Shown: positions 1 to 14,537, counted from the stretch's first letter. The stretch: 64,000 nucleotides of DNA from Ostrea edulis (GCF_947568905.1 NC_079172.1:30504001-30568000), one strand, 5' to 3'. The notes: generated from the sequence alone by a model not told the origin. A program made the numbers and translations.

Positions 1-540
1 TTATTAATACATGTCCCCATAAATATATATTTTTAGAATTTATAGTAATACTTACTACAACCAAATTAACCCCCCCCCCCCCCCCCCCCTCTCTCTCTAT
101 ATATATATATTTCAACACATTCATCCATTTATTTTGTATCAGTTTCCTTAAATTCATCTTCTGCTTGCTATAGACTTCAGCCAATCATGTTCCTTGATGA
201 GCTGTCTTAAACAGACATGTACTAGGTTGTTCTTAGGCTCAAGCAGAGAACAGGATTATTAGACATCTCAGATTTGTTGCGGTCAAAATAGGTATACCCA
301 TTGCCATGATCAAAATAGGTACAATAATACCCATTGCCACACTAAAATTCCATTGTTACGCTAAAATTGCATAGTTGTCCATCAGTCTAAAGTCAAATAT
401 TTTTGCAAGATTATATCACAAGACTGTTGTAATTACATATTTTGAGTTTTGTTTTTACGGTTTCAGGTGAAATTTGGACTTCAAATTAAATCTATATCTG
501 ATTCATGCTCTCAGGGCCAACATCTAAAATAATATGATAA

Positions 541-1100
541 GGCCATGCCAATTTGTAATCTAGTTTGTCATATTCGCCACTTCGATTTGTAGTAAATCCA
601 AATCATAATATTATCAAAAAATAATATCCGCCCGCGTGTCCAAAACTCTGCGCCTTTTTACGAGTGCACAAAAGACCTTGATACACGTGGCTGAGGAATG
701 ACGGACACACGGTCTCTTAAGTTCTTAACTGTGTAGTACGGTGTTTCAAGTTTTTGACGATGCATATCTTTAATATGTAGGATGCTTCAAAACACTGGAT
801 TGGAAGTTGTTCCTTATACTGCAATCGAATTCAGGAAGCCGATGAAACTTTTGAAGCGCTAATATTAAGTTTAATATGTGGTAAACAAATGATACCTGAT
901 GATTTTAATCTCTTTATTTTTAAGCGCTCGCTTTTTGAAATCACACTAAATTCAACTAAAAATCTTTATATTTCTTGTATTCACTTGCCTCATAATTTTT
1001 ATCTCCAAAATGAAAAATAATATTTGTAAAATAATTTCGCCCTCTTGCCTCACTTTTTTTGTTTGGAAATCCGAAGAACTATTTTACAAACTGGTGTGGC
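541..1100. mobile_element. Non-autonomous DNA element with short imperfect TIRs (Kolobok-like, TTAA-type site)
   Basis: ataa|ggccatgcca at the left end and tggtgtggc|ttaa at the right end; no ORF. The superfamily call is inference. Confidence 0.45.
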
Positions 1101-1976
1101 TTAAAAAGAATAAATAAAAACACAGCATAACGTTTTTTTCATTTAATATGACAGTATTTCTGTACATGTAACAACAAAGAAATAAATGACTAGAAAGAAG
1201 AATATCTCCTCATCAAATTGTTTAGTGTCCATATAATTATTACCATCTCAAATATTATTGTGTAGTATGAATTCTTGACGTACAAAAGATATATTGTGTC
1301 CCAAAAGAATTTGTAGAGCAGACAAAAATAGAAATTTGGTCTACATATATGTAGGCACTTCACAGATCAGAGGGCTGCAAGTATATAAATATATTATTGA
1401 GAGAAAATAAAGTAAATTTATCTCTTATCACAGCAAATAAACTTTTTTTTACTGCCTTACCTCAGCACAGATCTATTTATAGTGCTGAGTTCATTTCACA
1501 ATTGTTTACTACCTAACTAAACTTATATGGAAGATGGATTTCTTTTTCCGTTTATTTCACCAACCCTCAGTTTGGCACAATTACTCTTCGTGTAGTTCCG
1601 TCATCTAACTCATGAATTAAATAACCATTTATCACTTACAAAATCTCCCTACTTCCAGACACACCAAGGATTTCAGTGTTATAACTGTTTGTAAATGGGT
1701 ATTTATGCATTTGTTTACAACATAAATATTTTTTTGAGAAAAAGAGAAATTGTCAGCACCACTTTGAAAGAAGCTAGCACACATTAAATATAGCTGTTCT
1801 CATAATCTCTGACATTTTGGAAGTGTTCCAAAATCAGTATGACTCAATCCATCAGAAAGAAACCCCTCCATACAAAGCATCTAAAGCATTCATCTGTAGT
1901 CCTCTCATGTCTAGCCAAGTCCACACATTACAAACTGTCCAACAGAACACATATTCCTTCCCACGGAGTGTGACGG

Positions 1977-2936
1977 TTAACACATCGATTCCTCCCCATT
2001 TATCGCCATCAGTTTCATGTCACGACTTTCAAGTTCTAGTGTCAGTTGTTCCACTTCAGCTTCCAGCATTTTGTTCTTGTTGTACATTTGCACATAGTTC
2101 AGCTGTAGTTGTTTTTGATAGCGAATCACTTTATTTTTCTCATCCAACCACTGTTCTTTTTCTTTCTCGAACACCTCGTTTCTACCCACTAGTCCTTCCT
2201 TTAATTCATCCAACTCCTTCTGGAGTTGTAATATCGCTTTGTCTTTGTTCGATTCACTATTCAGAGAAGAACTAGATTTAGTACTGAGATTTAGTGGGGA
2301 GGAGTGGGGTAGTCCATGACTCACAGGGGAGGTAAGTCTACTGCTAATTGAGGGAGAGGTTCTCTCACTAAATTCAGGGGCAGAGAACTCCTCACCACTT
2401 TGATTAAAGCTACATTCTAGTATATCCATCACATTGTTATTGGATACACGGCGGAGGTTAGCACGTAAGGATTTCAATTCTTCCGTTTTGGCCACAATTT
2501 CTCTAAACTGTTCACCTAATTCATGGTTTTTCTTTTGATTTTCTGACTCATATTGACACAATTTTGACTGAAGCTCAGAAATTTCTACAGATTTTTCAGA
2601 GAGACTTTGGTTTAAGATTTCCACCTGGTGTTGCAGGTCCTCCATGTCTTCTGCAGCTCTGTCCTCTTGAAGCGAAACATTGACCACTTGTGATCGCAAG
2701 TTGTCATTCTCTTTTTCATAAGAGTCACATTTTTGCTGTAGTTTTTTGTACTGTGCCTGCATTTCTTCCAGCCTTTCATTCATTGTCTTTTTCTCTTGCT
2801 GCAGTTTGTACACTTGAAGTGAAAGGGTTTGTTCTGTTTTGTAGGCCTTCCTCTGTTCCAGTTTCAGTTTTTTCTCATATTCATCCCTAAGTTCTCTTGT
2901 CTCCTGACTCCAAGAATTCTTTTTCTCTTCATAGAC
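1977..2936 (-). CDS. LZTS2: LZTS-family last coding exon (Fez1-type coiled coil, 319 aa + stop)
   Basis: Acceptor ttttgtttctag|GTC is in frame with track ORF 1977..2813. The C-terminal WLDEKNKVIRYQKQLQLNYVQMYNKNKMLEAEV is the conserved LZTS/Fez1 motif. Confidence 0.92.
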   Translation of the reverse strand, partial: VYEEKKNSWSQETRELRDEYEKKLKLEQRKAYKTEQTLSLQVYKLQQEKKTMNERLEEMQAQYKKLQQKCDSYEKENDNLRSQVVNVSLQEDRAAEDMEDLQHQVEILNQSLSEKSVEISELQSKLCQYESENQKKNHELGEQFREIVAKTEELKSLRANLRRVSNNNVMDILECSFNQSGEEFSAPEFSERTSPSISSRLTSPVSHGLPHSSPLNLSTKSSSSLNSESNKDKAILQLQKELDELKEGLVGRNEVFEKEKEQWLDEKNKVIRYQKQLQLNYVQMYNKNKMLEAEVEQLTLELESRDMKLMAINGEESMC

Positions 2937-3066
2937 CTAGAAACAAAAAAAAGGTTTATTTGTATTCAATAGGCAGTAAAACATGCTTATAGCCAAGTGC
3001 TGGTGATGAACAAATTTGATTCATTATAAATCTTGCTACATCTAATCAGTTCATAATTTGTTTTAA

Positions 3067-3582
3067 AATACAGGGAACGACAATCACTTCACTGTAAGTG
3101 TAAATACAGGGAACGACAATCACTTCACTGTAAGTGTAAATACAGGGAACGACAATCACTTCACTGTAAGTGTAAACGACAATCACTTCACTGTAAGTGT
3201 AAACGACAATCACTTCACTGTAAGTGTAAATACAGGGAACGACAATCACTTCACTGTAAGTGTAAATACAGGGAACGACAATCACTTCACTGTAAGTGTA
3301 AATACAGGGAACGACAATCACTTCACTGTAAGTGTAAACGACAATCACTTCACTGTAAGTGTAAACGACAATCACTTCACTGTAAGTGTAAATGACAATC
3401 ACTTCACTGTAAGTGTAAACGACAATCACTTCACTGTAAGTGTAAATACAGGGAACGACAATCACTTCACTGTAAGTGTAAATACAGGGAACGACAATCA
3501 CTTCACTGTAAGTGTAAATACAGGGAACGACAATCACTTCACTGTAAGTGTAAATGACAATCACTTCACTGTAAGTGTAAAT
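3067..3582. repeat. Intronic minisatellite, 16 units of 36 or 27 bp
   Basis: Unit aaatacagggaacgacaatcacttcactgtaagtgt and a variant 9 bp shorter. It explains ORF 3046..3564. Confidence 0.95.
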
Positions 3583-3811
3583 TCAATAGCATGTTCACAA
3601 CCTTGTTTTACTGTATGTGCATCAACCATTTCAAGAATAATGAAAAATGTTGATATTCTACCTATGAAATCTTCATCAAATAGTCAGAGTATTTTCTCAT
3701 TTTACAGGTAATATTACAATAACTGCGACAGATTGGACATTACAATCAAAAAGAGTGCAAAAAGCAAAATTAACCTGGAATACGACACATTCATAAAAAA
3801 GAAAAATTAAC

Positions 3812-4237
3812 CTGGAATATGGCACGTTCATTTTTGTCCATGACGTCTCTTAAAGTGTTGATTTCAGCATCTTTCTCTTTAAGCATGGCTTCCAGTTCCC
3901 CCACCCCCGAGTCGCTGGGAGAGGGAGTCTGAATATAACCCTCCATCCTCATCGAAGAAGCATGACTGATGCAGGAAGACCGAGTAGATTCAGGTCGCTC
4001 ATGTGTGTATAGTTTTTGACTATCACTAGAATAATTTGTTGACCTGTCACTATCAATATGTAATGACCCATGTGAAATATCAGCTACATTCTGATTGGTC
4101 ATCGGGTAATCCTGTGACCCATAGCCATCATCGTGCTGCGGAGTCTTCTGGTCAAAGTGACGAGTATTTACGTAGTTGTGATTGGAGATGACCACCGGCT
4201 TGAAAGCAATTGGTCGGATTATCCCCTTTGCTGGTGA
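3812..4237 (-). CDS. LZTS2: LZTS-family coding exon 2 (142 aa)
   Basis: Acceptor ttttcttttcag|TCA and donor CAG|gttaat, phase 0 at both ends. Contains IIRPIAFKPV and SPSDSGVGELEAMLKEKDAEINTLRDVMDKNERAIFQ, typical of LZTS proteins. Confidence 0.9.
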
Positions 4238-7200
4238 CTGAAAAGAAAAGAAAAAAATCTTAACTGTATGTTTCAACACGACTGTGTACAAACACAATGA
4301 CCACAATAAGATCAGATTTCCACATCAACATAGAATCTGCATACAGCCGTTTATAACACTATTTAGTGGATGCCAGCCCATAGTACTTTCTAAATAATTC
4401 ATCCAGCACGATCAATTAGAATCCCGTCTATCAGGTGATAGATACTGTTACTTGGGCAAACAAACGTTCCTCGATAAGATCTCATGGACTGGGAGGTTAT
4501 TGCAGTAATAGATTCAAGTTTTACCTAGGTATTTGAGGAAGGACCTGCACAAAAGGGAACAAGCTATTGTCTTTACAATAATTAACTAATTTTCCTGGGG
4601 ACGGACATGCATCACTACAGATATGGTTGGAGCCATAGCTATGTCTTAACATTAAAGCCTTTGTCTATCTGCCCTCTATCAAAACATCTAAGTGCAGTTG
4701 ACATCACATTCATTTTAGACAGAGAAAGGCAATCAAAGGTATATGTAAGGTTTGAGAAAAAAGACTGGAGAATTGCATGCATACACAAATCAATCAAAAC
4801 CTCAGGTGGGGAAAAATTTAAGAACATATAAAGAAACAGTTTAATTATCAATTTTGCCTTCTCTAAACAGTAGCCCTTTCATTTCATAAAGTTCTGCATG
4901 TCTGTCAAAAGTGATCATTTCACCTCAGGCTCCTAATTGCTTGCCAGAATCAGATAGGAGTTTTAAATAACCCCAAATGACACATCATAGCTGACACTTC
5001 CATGCACGGGATTGGGACCCTTCGTGAATTATCTCCCTTTATCAAATCTGATAAAGAACTAAATACATGCACGGTAAGCATTTAATTGGCAAAACTTGCA
5101 CTTACTTGTTTTATATATATGATCTTCATAAAATTGAAAGTGGCCCAGAATAGGAATTATATGGAAAAGTAACCAATAATAATTTTAAAACTACTGCTTC
5201 AAAGATATCTTTTACACAAAGAAAAATTCATAAAATGTTGGATCTATATGTTATATACGATATTTCAGCATATTTTTGAATTATTATTCAATTTACAACA
5301 TCCATGCTTAAATGTTAAAGAAGGGCAAAATCTATGCTTGAAAATTAATTGAAATTCTGGACAACTAAATAAATTGGTTCACTTAATGATTATTATCAAA
5401 TTATTATTGTACTGAAAGAAATAAGCACAAAAAACAAACACACAAAAAAGGTTGATAAATTGTTTTAACATGTATTGTTTCTTTATGCTGTTGTGCACTT
5501 CCGAGAACAAAATTTCCGTCATTTGTTAGTCATTTGTTATTTGTAATATCAAATATAATAATTATGATTAATGCATCATAAAAATACGGGAATTAATTAC
5601 ATATTGAACGGTCCTTCATTATCTTCAGTGTTTATATAACCCAGCAAGTGTCAACACCATACCAAAAAAAAAATCAAATTTTGAAGAAGACAGATTGACG
5701 AGCATACATCAAACAACATTGGGTTACACAGTTTATCTCATTTCAATCAAATGTAGATCTCTCCGTCTTCTGCACTATCCCAAGGACCATCTAACACCTT
5801 ATAAAAATATCTGCATTTTCAATTATGTAATATAATAACCAAAAAAATCAAATAAATGGGTTAAAAATGCAATCTGAGCTGGGACACATAATTTGCAGGG
5901 CAGAATGATCAGTTTTCAGCAAAGAAAAACATCAATCATTTAAAGTAGAAAAAATCACTTAATTGAAGGCAAGGGCAAATAAACTTTTAATAATAATGAC
6001 TTCTAATGCTAACTTTTTCTCTTGGATGGTGGTATAGAAATTGAAAATTGCTATCCTTTTCATTTGAGGAACTGCAGGTGCGTGCACATGTTCAGTCACC
6101 CAGAATTCAATTAAATCCTCATACATCTTCGTCACAGAGCAAAAAAAAAAAAAAAAAAAAACCAGGAGGAAAAATTGCTCATCCACCAAAAATTACTAAA
6201 CTCATTAAAAGCCCATCAGAATGGACCACAAGTATGAATGAATACAATTTGCTCCAGGAAAATATGCAGACATTGAGGGCTGTCATACTGGTAAATGGTT
6301 ACTAAATAAACTTCGAGGTTCAATCTCTCCCAGAAAATTTACCCAGAAAAATTCATTATTGTCAAAGTAATGCAGTTTACAAACCAACTGAACACATGGT
6401 ATGTAGGCACAAACTTTGTTTACTGGACGTTGAATCTAATACCCTTGCAACCTTTCCATGCCGCTTTCTTCCAAAATCTACAAATAATGCAGCTGCCTTG
6501 TGATTAGATTCACTTACTGGTGAAGTTTTACAATATCAAGAGTCTTGACAGAGTCCACTTGAGAATAACCGACCCCCCTCCAAATTACCTCTAGTATGGT
6601 GAATGTTGACATAATTAAATCGGATTACATGACCAAGCATTCTACTCACCACTTATTGTCCTGTTGTAAATATTAACCAACAGATAACAAAGGTCTCTCA
6701 TACAGCAAGGTAGACTATGCGTCCAAACAAACAGAAATATTTGATACAAACGAACCATCCATGCAGGTATTGAAAGACAAAGACTCAGGTAAAAGTTGCC
6801 TCTTTGTGGCAAAAAAAGCTCTCCTGTTGGTGAAGGCTGACAATTGATTTTTCATCACATAATGGCTTCAAATGATACCTAAATTAATTCAAATCCAGGC
6901 TCCCACATTGATCTGTGTGGAATGTGCTATGCTGAGTAATCAATATGACAATTCACCTGAATGTTTTGATTTCAGAGGACTTTGTGCCCGGGGGAACACA
7001 AACAATCAATACAATCACACACTCAGCTTCATCATAGATATAATCTTATAAAAACTCTCAGACAATTAGATTAGTACCCATTCCAATGTTGCTTGATAGA
7101 AAGTCGGGTCCAGTGGTAAAGGAAACAGATGTGTGGAATGAAGACAAGAAAATGAAGACAGTGCAATAAAGGATGTAAATATCAATGAAACATACAAGTC

Positions 7201-7369
7201 AATGAATACAATATTACTATAGTAACTGCTCATTGCTCTCTCAAGGTTAACTATTTGAATCACATGTTAACCAGTATAATGTCACAGATTAAGGGATAGC
7301 ACAATTCTTCAATACACCTCACCAGAAGACATTGATGGTTTTCAATCACTCACCCCTACCACCCCTGTT

Positions 7370-7502
7370 GTTTTGTTCAGTGTGACTTCTTTCATCAGTC
7401 TAGATCACTTCATACATAATCGCCTCCCTGATCCGTGCTCTACAACTACTAGTTTTGTTCAGTGTGACTTCTTTCATCAGTCTAGATCACTTCATACATA
7501 AT
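7370..7502. repeat. Direct duplication of about 50 bp
   Basis: gttttgttcagtgtgacttctttcatcagtctagatcacttcatacataat occurs at about 7370 and about 7452. Confidence 0.85.
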
Positions 7503-10500
7503 AACCTCCGTGTCGTGTAACTACTACACAGCTAGTACTGTAGGGTGTCAGTGTGTGAGACATTGGTGTAGGAAGTACAAGCCCTGCTGCTGAATGATTC
7601 AATAATGCATCAGAGACACTGTCCACATCAACGTCAGGTAAGAGTCCACGCGTTAATGGGGCCAAGCACTATGTCCTACACACTATCATTTGCATAAACT
7701 CACTGACAACATTCATTCATCGTCTGTTCCACCTGACTTCTCTAAAGAAACAGACCAAAATTTCTTTTTTAAGAAAAGAATAATAAGATCTAGGGGTTTT
7801 GTGAAAGCTTTGATATGGGGATTAGAATATTTTATGATAGTTGCTTTCAAAAAACTTCCTTTATTTTAAAACAGCACCTGGCTAGATAATGACTGTTTTG
7901 CCTTTAAAACATCAACAGATGCGGACTCAGGACCAATGGCCTAACCGATATACCATCAATAAAATAATGAAGACATAGAAAAATGACACAGCTTTAAATA
8001 ACATGACTATTCTTCCATTAGAATTTGTCACAACAGCTACAAGTACCATTTAACAGCGACAGGTGCCTGTAAAATACCTTACTTAACAGCCAAGGAATGA
8101 ATAAATGCACCATCAATAAATAATTTGCCGTCTTTCATTCATTGATTACGATCCCATTAAAATTTCAATTTCTCCTACCTTTAAAACTCTAATACATTTG
8201 GTGATTTGATGCAGTGAGTAGTTAATAATTCACTCAATCAATTCATCCATCCTCCTCAACATAAGAATGCAATTATACTCCAAATCCGCCATAACTCACA
8301 AACAAGAATGAAATGGAAACCCTCGGAAACCATTCAGATATTAAAGCATCTAGCTATTACTGTATCCACATACACACTGGCAGCCAAACTTACAACTGCA
8401 CCCCCCCCCCCCCCCCACCTCCTCTGCTGCATCCCCCATCCCTACCTTCGCGGTGTGAGACAGCGTGCAATATCCTCCATCTTCCTCCTCCTCCATATTG
8501 TATCTGCCACTGGAGGTCAGCACCAGGACAGCTGGAGGTCCAATGTTGACAGTCTGTGTCAATCCAGCCAGCTGTCTTATCACAACTAATCCATAGAATT
8601 AAGGAGGACCGGATAATGTACACTCTCGTTAGTGGAAACTTTTGTGCGTTTATGATGTGTACACCGTCACCTAAGCCCTATTACCTACATTCCTCATCAT
8701 GACACACAATTTTTACCTATATACACCTGTAAAAGGAATTCCGAATTCCGTCAGCTCTAGGGGACACTATTTCTTGGTTTGCTGGTCTTTTCTCTTCAAC
8801 ATCAAGTGTCAATGATAGGGGGCTAAATTGATTCTGACACCTTTCTGTGATAAAATTCACCTGGTGTATATACCCATCAGCTGATCCAAGTCTAAGGCTA
8901 TAATGACCACTCTCTTTGTCCAAATGTAAGATTAGGTAATTCCAGAATTTCCTGACACTACTGAGGTTCTCCTTACATAGGCTGGCAGACTGTTTAATCC
9001 TTCTCCTGTTTATATTTTTTTCATCTTTTGAAGACAAAAAAAAAAAGAAATTTTAGGGGACAGAGATATTTCTCCACAACATGCAATTAATGCAAGCCGA
9101 GCTTCCCTGTGAGGTTGTCAACGTCTCGGCAGTCCACAGTCGTTTTTGTAAAGCTTGCTGAATATACCTGTGAAACCACCCATTATCCGATGAGAAGGCA
9201 GACAGGGCTCTCGCTTTTCTAAAACAACTGTGGTAAAGAGTACTTATCACTTGTTCTAAATTACCCTCGAGTTACTCATAAAAGGTGATAGCACCATGAA
9301 CAGAAGTCTTCACAATGTAAACTTATAATGCAGTCAAGTGAAATCTCTCACTTACTCCCAGTCATAAATCCACAAAATCAGACAAATTATGACACAGAAT
9401 TAGCCTGTCTCCACCCCTATATTGACAACACTCAAGTCGTTTTATTGTCATATATACCACTGATCAAATCTGAAATTTATGATGCATTAAAAGTTTTATC
9501 AGAATCTGGCACAAAAGTACAAATGTTCTCCTAAAACAGTTGCCTCATTGTCTAGCGAGCCTGCATACGATAAAATCTGTAAATTTCTGAAGATTTTTTT
9601 TTTTAAATTGTTGCAATTTTGAATTTTACATACATGTACTAGTTTATCCAGATTTAAACACGGGAATCAATTTTTTGACCAGTCAATACAATTTTTTTTT
9701 TATGTTTTGATAGAGTAGCATGGCAAGTATCACAACTTATCAAATCTCAAGATAAACATACCTGAGTAAAATTATTGTTGGGGTCTACCAGAAAATTCTC
9801 CATTGAAAGCAAATCAACGAAACAGTGACCTTTTCACTAATGGCAGTGATACATCTATAAGCTATTATTGAACATCTGGTGGTATATCAATTTTTGTTAA
9901 ACTTGGCTGTCATGGGCTCAACCCAATGGGAGCACGGGTGTTTGAATCATCAAAGGAGCCCCCCTGCAGATTGTAGACAGACAATGCCCCACCCCACCCA
10001 CGTGCATTACCAATCAGAAAATGGATCTGTGCCAATTAAAATCTTACTCATAACTAGGTCGTGTATTAACTATTTGCTTTAATTATAAATCTCTTGTGTA
10101 AACAAACTCCATAAATCTTGAGAACCATCTCAGTGTTCAGACACAACGAAGTTTTCATACAAAACATCAACATACAGCTAAAATTTCAAAAACAAAAATA
10201 TGTCCAAAGGGGAGGAAATCTGAGTCGATGGGAAATTACATTTTCTTTTTGGTGGCTTTACTCCTGGTAAAACCACAAACCCTCTAAACTGTATGCCACA
10301 TGATGTGCAAATCGCCTTTGAAAAAAAAAATGAAATAATACAGTGTGGGTTTATGGTGGTAATTAGACCATTGACAATTCTATGGTTATGCTTGAGAAGA
10401 AGACTTATTACATTCTACCGTGTATAAAATAAAGTGCTCTTTGGAAAAGAAGGTTTTATCCAGATCTCTGACTTTTTGATGCTCTTGGTGATAACATTGA

Positions 10501-13500
10501 GCACATTTCCTCCTCTTTTTGTTCCTTATCGATACATCTACCCAGCGATCTTGAACTACATTCCTCCTTCACACCTCAAAACGCATCCAGTCTTCAAGAA
10601 TTTCATTCAAAAATTTTCATATCACTCCATAATTCTCCTAAAATTACCCACTTATCTCTGGATATCTACAGATAAAGACTTAAAAGTTACTTTTATCTCC
10701 TGTTCTTCCCAATCCATAAGAAACCATGACACAGCTTAAAACACAACAAAACAAGTCTGAAAAGGCACTCAACTTAAAAAAAAACCTTTTCCTAAAGCAA
10801 ATGCTTAATTTCTCTCAAATCAACCAAAAACTACAACCAATACTATTATTCCTGGGGCCATTAAAAAAAGGCATAAATTTCCAAAGCCATTTCAAAATAA
10901 TTAATGTTTGGAAGGAGGGAGGGGGGAGGGGTAGAATAATTGTATTCTTAGTGACAGTCTTCACAGGTCATTAAACTAAAATAACGAGTCAACAGGGCCC
11001 CACAAATCATCGACCAGACCTATACACTTTAAAAAGATTTATTATGTACCAATTTTTGTCTTTTGTCCTTATTTATAAAATAAATGTGTAATATTTCAAC
11101 AAAGAATTTAATGTTGGGTATTAAGGAAATGTATATCTTCAAGCCAATTCATATCCTAGTCTGTATGTCTATACGGCAGTATCAGGCGCTGATGGGATCA
11201 CATGGTGTTAGATGTATACATATCGCATCCCCACAACAATCTGATAATGGCTTTATCATCTTATTGTACTATAGAATATTTTATCAATTATACCTATATA
11301 TGACAAACATTGTTTAAATTCTTCTTGGCTTAATCATCTATGTCAATAAACATGGAATATGGCCAAGTTTATCTATTCTTTACATATATCGGGACATAAG
11401 ATTTGATAAGAATGGATTACTATAAGGAAATATTAGTTTGTATAGCTAAGCTTCCTACCAATTCAGATTTCATGTATATTCAAATGTAAAATATATGTTT
11501 CACATGCATTTTCTAATGTGTTTCATATTTTAGGCATCAGATTTATGTACTTTAAACATTAACTAAATTTTTCAACAACAAAAATATTAAATATAAAAAA
11601 AATTAAATGCCTCATTAGTTATAAATTTGATAATAGTTTTATTATGTATCAACAAATTTGGGCTCAGGCATTGACATCTTAAATTATTCACCATATTTCA
11701 TAGAGAAGTGATTGACTTATAAAACATTGTTAGCATTGATTCAACTTCATTACAGATTAACAGAATTAGAGATTAAAGGATAATCCATCACACCTACCCT
11801 TCAGACAGAACAGACTAAACAAAAAGAATGTCCCTGGGTCATCAAAAACTCCCAAAAGACCCAGTAAATCCCTCACACAAAATCCATCCTTCTCTTTTGA
11901 TGTTTTTGTGTAAGCTCAGTGGATCAGAATGGTTTTCAAACAATGCAGCCTGTAATTTATGACCAGAACTTCTCCTGGCTTTCTGTCTTCAATTTAATAA
12001 TACAAAATGCATTGAAATCTCCTCTCTTCTGTGGTAAGTAGTCAATTATTTGTAATAAAGATGTGTAGAGCTTGATAGGTGTCTGGTTTAAAAAAGAAAA
12101 ACCAACATAAAACGGACAGAAAATGGTGCCAGGTTTTATGTGGAGCAGAAAATCCATCACTTAAACACAAAGAGGATGTTTGATATCAAAAACCATTTAA
12201 TTCATTTGTAATGTTATCTATAAAAAGAAAGCAGAAAACTTCACAGATGCCTCAAGACCAATTTCATACCATAATTCTATACATGTAGTGATAATACATG
12301 TTCAAAAGAAGAAACCAAGACAGCATAACTCGAGAAAACTAAACGACTGACTGACCTTGCATCTAGTTTCTCTAGCTGTAAATAATTACGTCTGCAAACT
12401 GGATGACAAAGTTTTTCAGGTACACAAACTAAAAGACAGTCCATCCTGGTGTTACTTCACTGACAGGGACACAAACATCAGACACAAACAACTCTCCTGA
12501 CATGAAAGCATGCAATCTGACTTCACCTGAACAAAATTTTCACCTGCACTCCATCATTAACAAACATGTTAATTAACGAATCTAATCCTTGTCATCGTTG
12601 GAATGTCTAGTCCCACAACTTTGAACACAGTTACACAAACATGAAGAGGTACCTCACAAATTACACAAAAGATAATGATGGTCGTTTATTATTCAACATG
12701 TTTTTTAGATCAAGATAGCTAGATGACAGCTAAAGGGGAAAAAAATTATGACCCAGGGCATGTTATCTTTGTATGTTGCATAATTAATACAGGTTATCAA
12801 AGAATTCATTATGCAAATAGCAAGACCAGATGTGTAAGGAAAATGAGGCTTAGATGCCTAACATAAACAGATAATAATTAAGTCACTAAGGGCTGATTTT
12901 CCAGGCTGTTATGTATTTTAACAGTGATAATGTCTGATAAAGGGGCTGTTAGTGGACACACAGTGGTCAGCAGATTGCAAGCACATGCTCTTAAACAGTG
13001 TTCTTCATGGTGGACAAAAAACGACCATATGAAAAAATTTAGCAAGTTCAATACCTATATCTTTAATGTTAAATCAAATCAGCTGCACAGATAGAATCTA
13101 GTATAGTGATGAAAACTTACTTCAACAGAATCGAGATTAGCAACTGTAAGTAGATAGTTTGTAACAATATCCTCTAGTAGATGTATCCTCAACATAAGAA
13201 AATGCACTTGAACCCTTTTATCGCGTTCAGTATAACCCTTGAAATTCCTCGAAACACAAATCAATTACCTGTGAAAATCTCTAGGTATACTGTATACTTA
13301 CATATATATGCATCATGGTGAAACAAGTCTCCACTGACTACAAATTCTGTTGAACTAGGAAAAAAAGTGGGTGACCTCGCAAAGGGGAGCCATCATACCC
13401 CCACGGTAGAACACTGCCTGATAAACAGTTACCCGACAAGTTCAATTTTCCCAGTTTTACACCCGGTCACAGGAAGTCAGATGCCCTGTGATCAGGTCTA

Positions 13501-14537
13501 TCGGTGGGGATTTTTGTAGTTTTATCTTTTGTTTGTTTAGTTTTAATCTGATTGTCATATCTTCAGGGGACCAGGACCTTTGTGGGACAGGTTCCAGAAC
13601 CAATAACAGGGCCTAGGGGCACAGCTACAAGATCTCTCTTTGTCCAATTAGAAAAATATTTGGAAACTTAGAAAAAGCTGTGATTTTTCAGATGAGGTGT
13701 GGATTCAATCCCTACATCAATTAAGCTGACCCTATTCAATCAATGTTTACCTTTGGATCCATAATGCAGCCCTCACAGGTCATTTGTGTTTATTTATTAC
13801 ATTACAGGTTACATCTCTCTGTTCAGAGTGATGTAACAGCCACCCAGAAAACACACACACACACGGAATATTGGCAATGGAGAGAAAGTGAAACTTCACT
13901 TTATTTCAACAACCTGGAACATTCCCATCTCTGTATTTGTCTGCACATAAATAATTTCCATGTGACTGCAAGATTGACGACTGAAAAACTGTTCCTAATC
14001 TACCATTGGGCAGCAGCCAATGATCGGTGAATAATTTTTGCCAACACATGCACTCTTCCTGTGTATTATTCTAGTTAACAAACTTGTTCTACTTCTGACC
14101 TTTCAGAACATGACTATTAATTTCATGGATATTTCAGAATTTCTAACACGGCAATCAGGCTACGAAAGTGGAACTCTAATAAGTACATCTATGAAAGGTG
14201 ATTCAAGGTGGAAGTCTGAAATCATGCCCTACATTTAGTTAGACATAGTCTTATGGGTTATCTCCCCTTTTGACCATTCCTTTCCCTATGACCAATTCCA
14301 TTTTGCAAGAGTGGTTGTGAAAATTTGTGCATAACTATAGCCTCTTACAAAACTATGCATGCATAATCTAGGGTCAGGCAGTAAAACTGGTGAGGTTTTT
14401 CTTTAATATAGAAAAAAAAACTAATATAGTAAATCCTAGTCCCTTCTAATAATATATAAAAACAGAATTACATAAGTATCTGACTAAACTTAGTAGCATC
14501 ATATTGAACTATTTTTTTTCATTTATTTAGCATTTAC

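Noticed and set aside
1817-2275. 152-aa plus-strand ORF
   Set aside because: Antisense shadow of the LZTS last exon; no recognisable motif.
3046-3564. 172-aa repetitive ORF, and a CRISPR-like look of the repeat
   Set aside because: Produced by a minisatellite with unit lengths divisible by 3. There are no unique spacers and no cas genes, and the context is eukaryotic.
8861-9037. Second phase-0 candidate exon ending HQ|gtgaat
   Set aside because: No ATG start and an A-rich, weak upstream acceptor; not supportable without RNA data.
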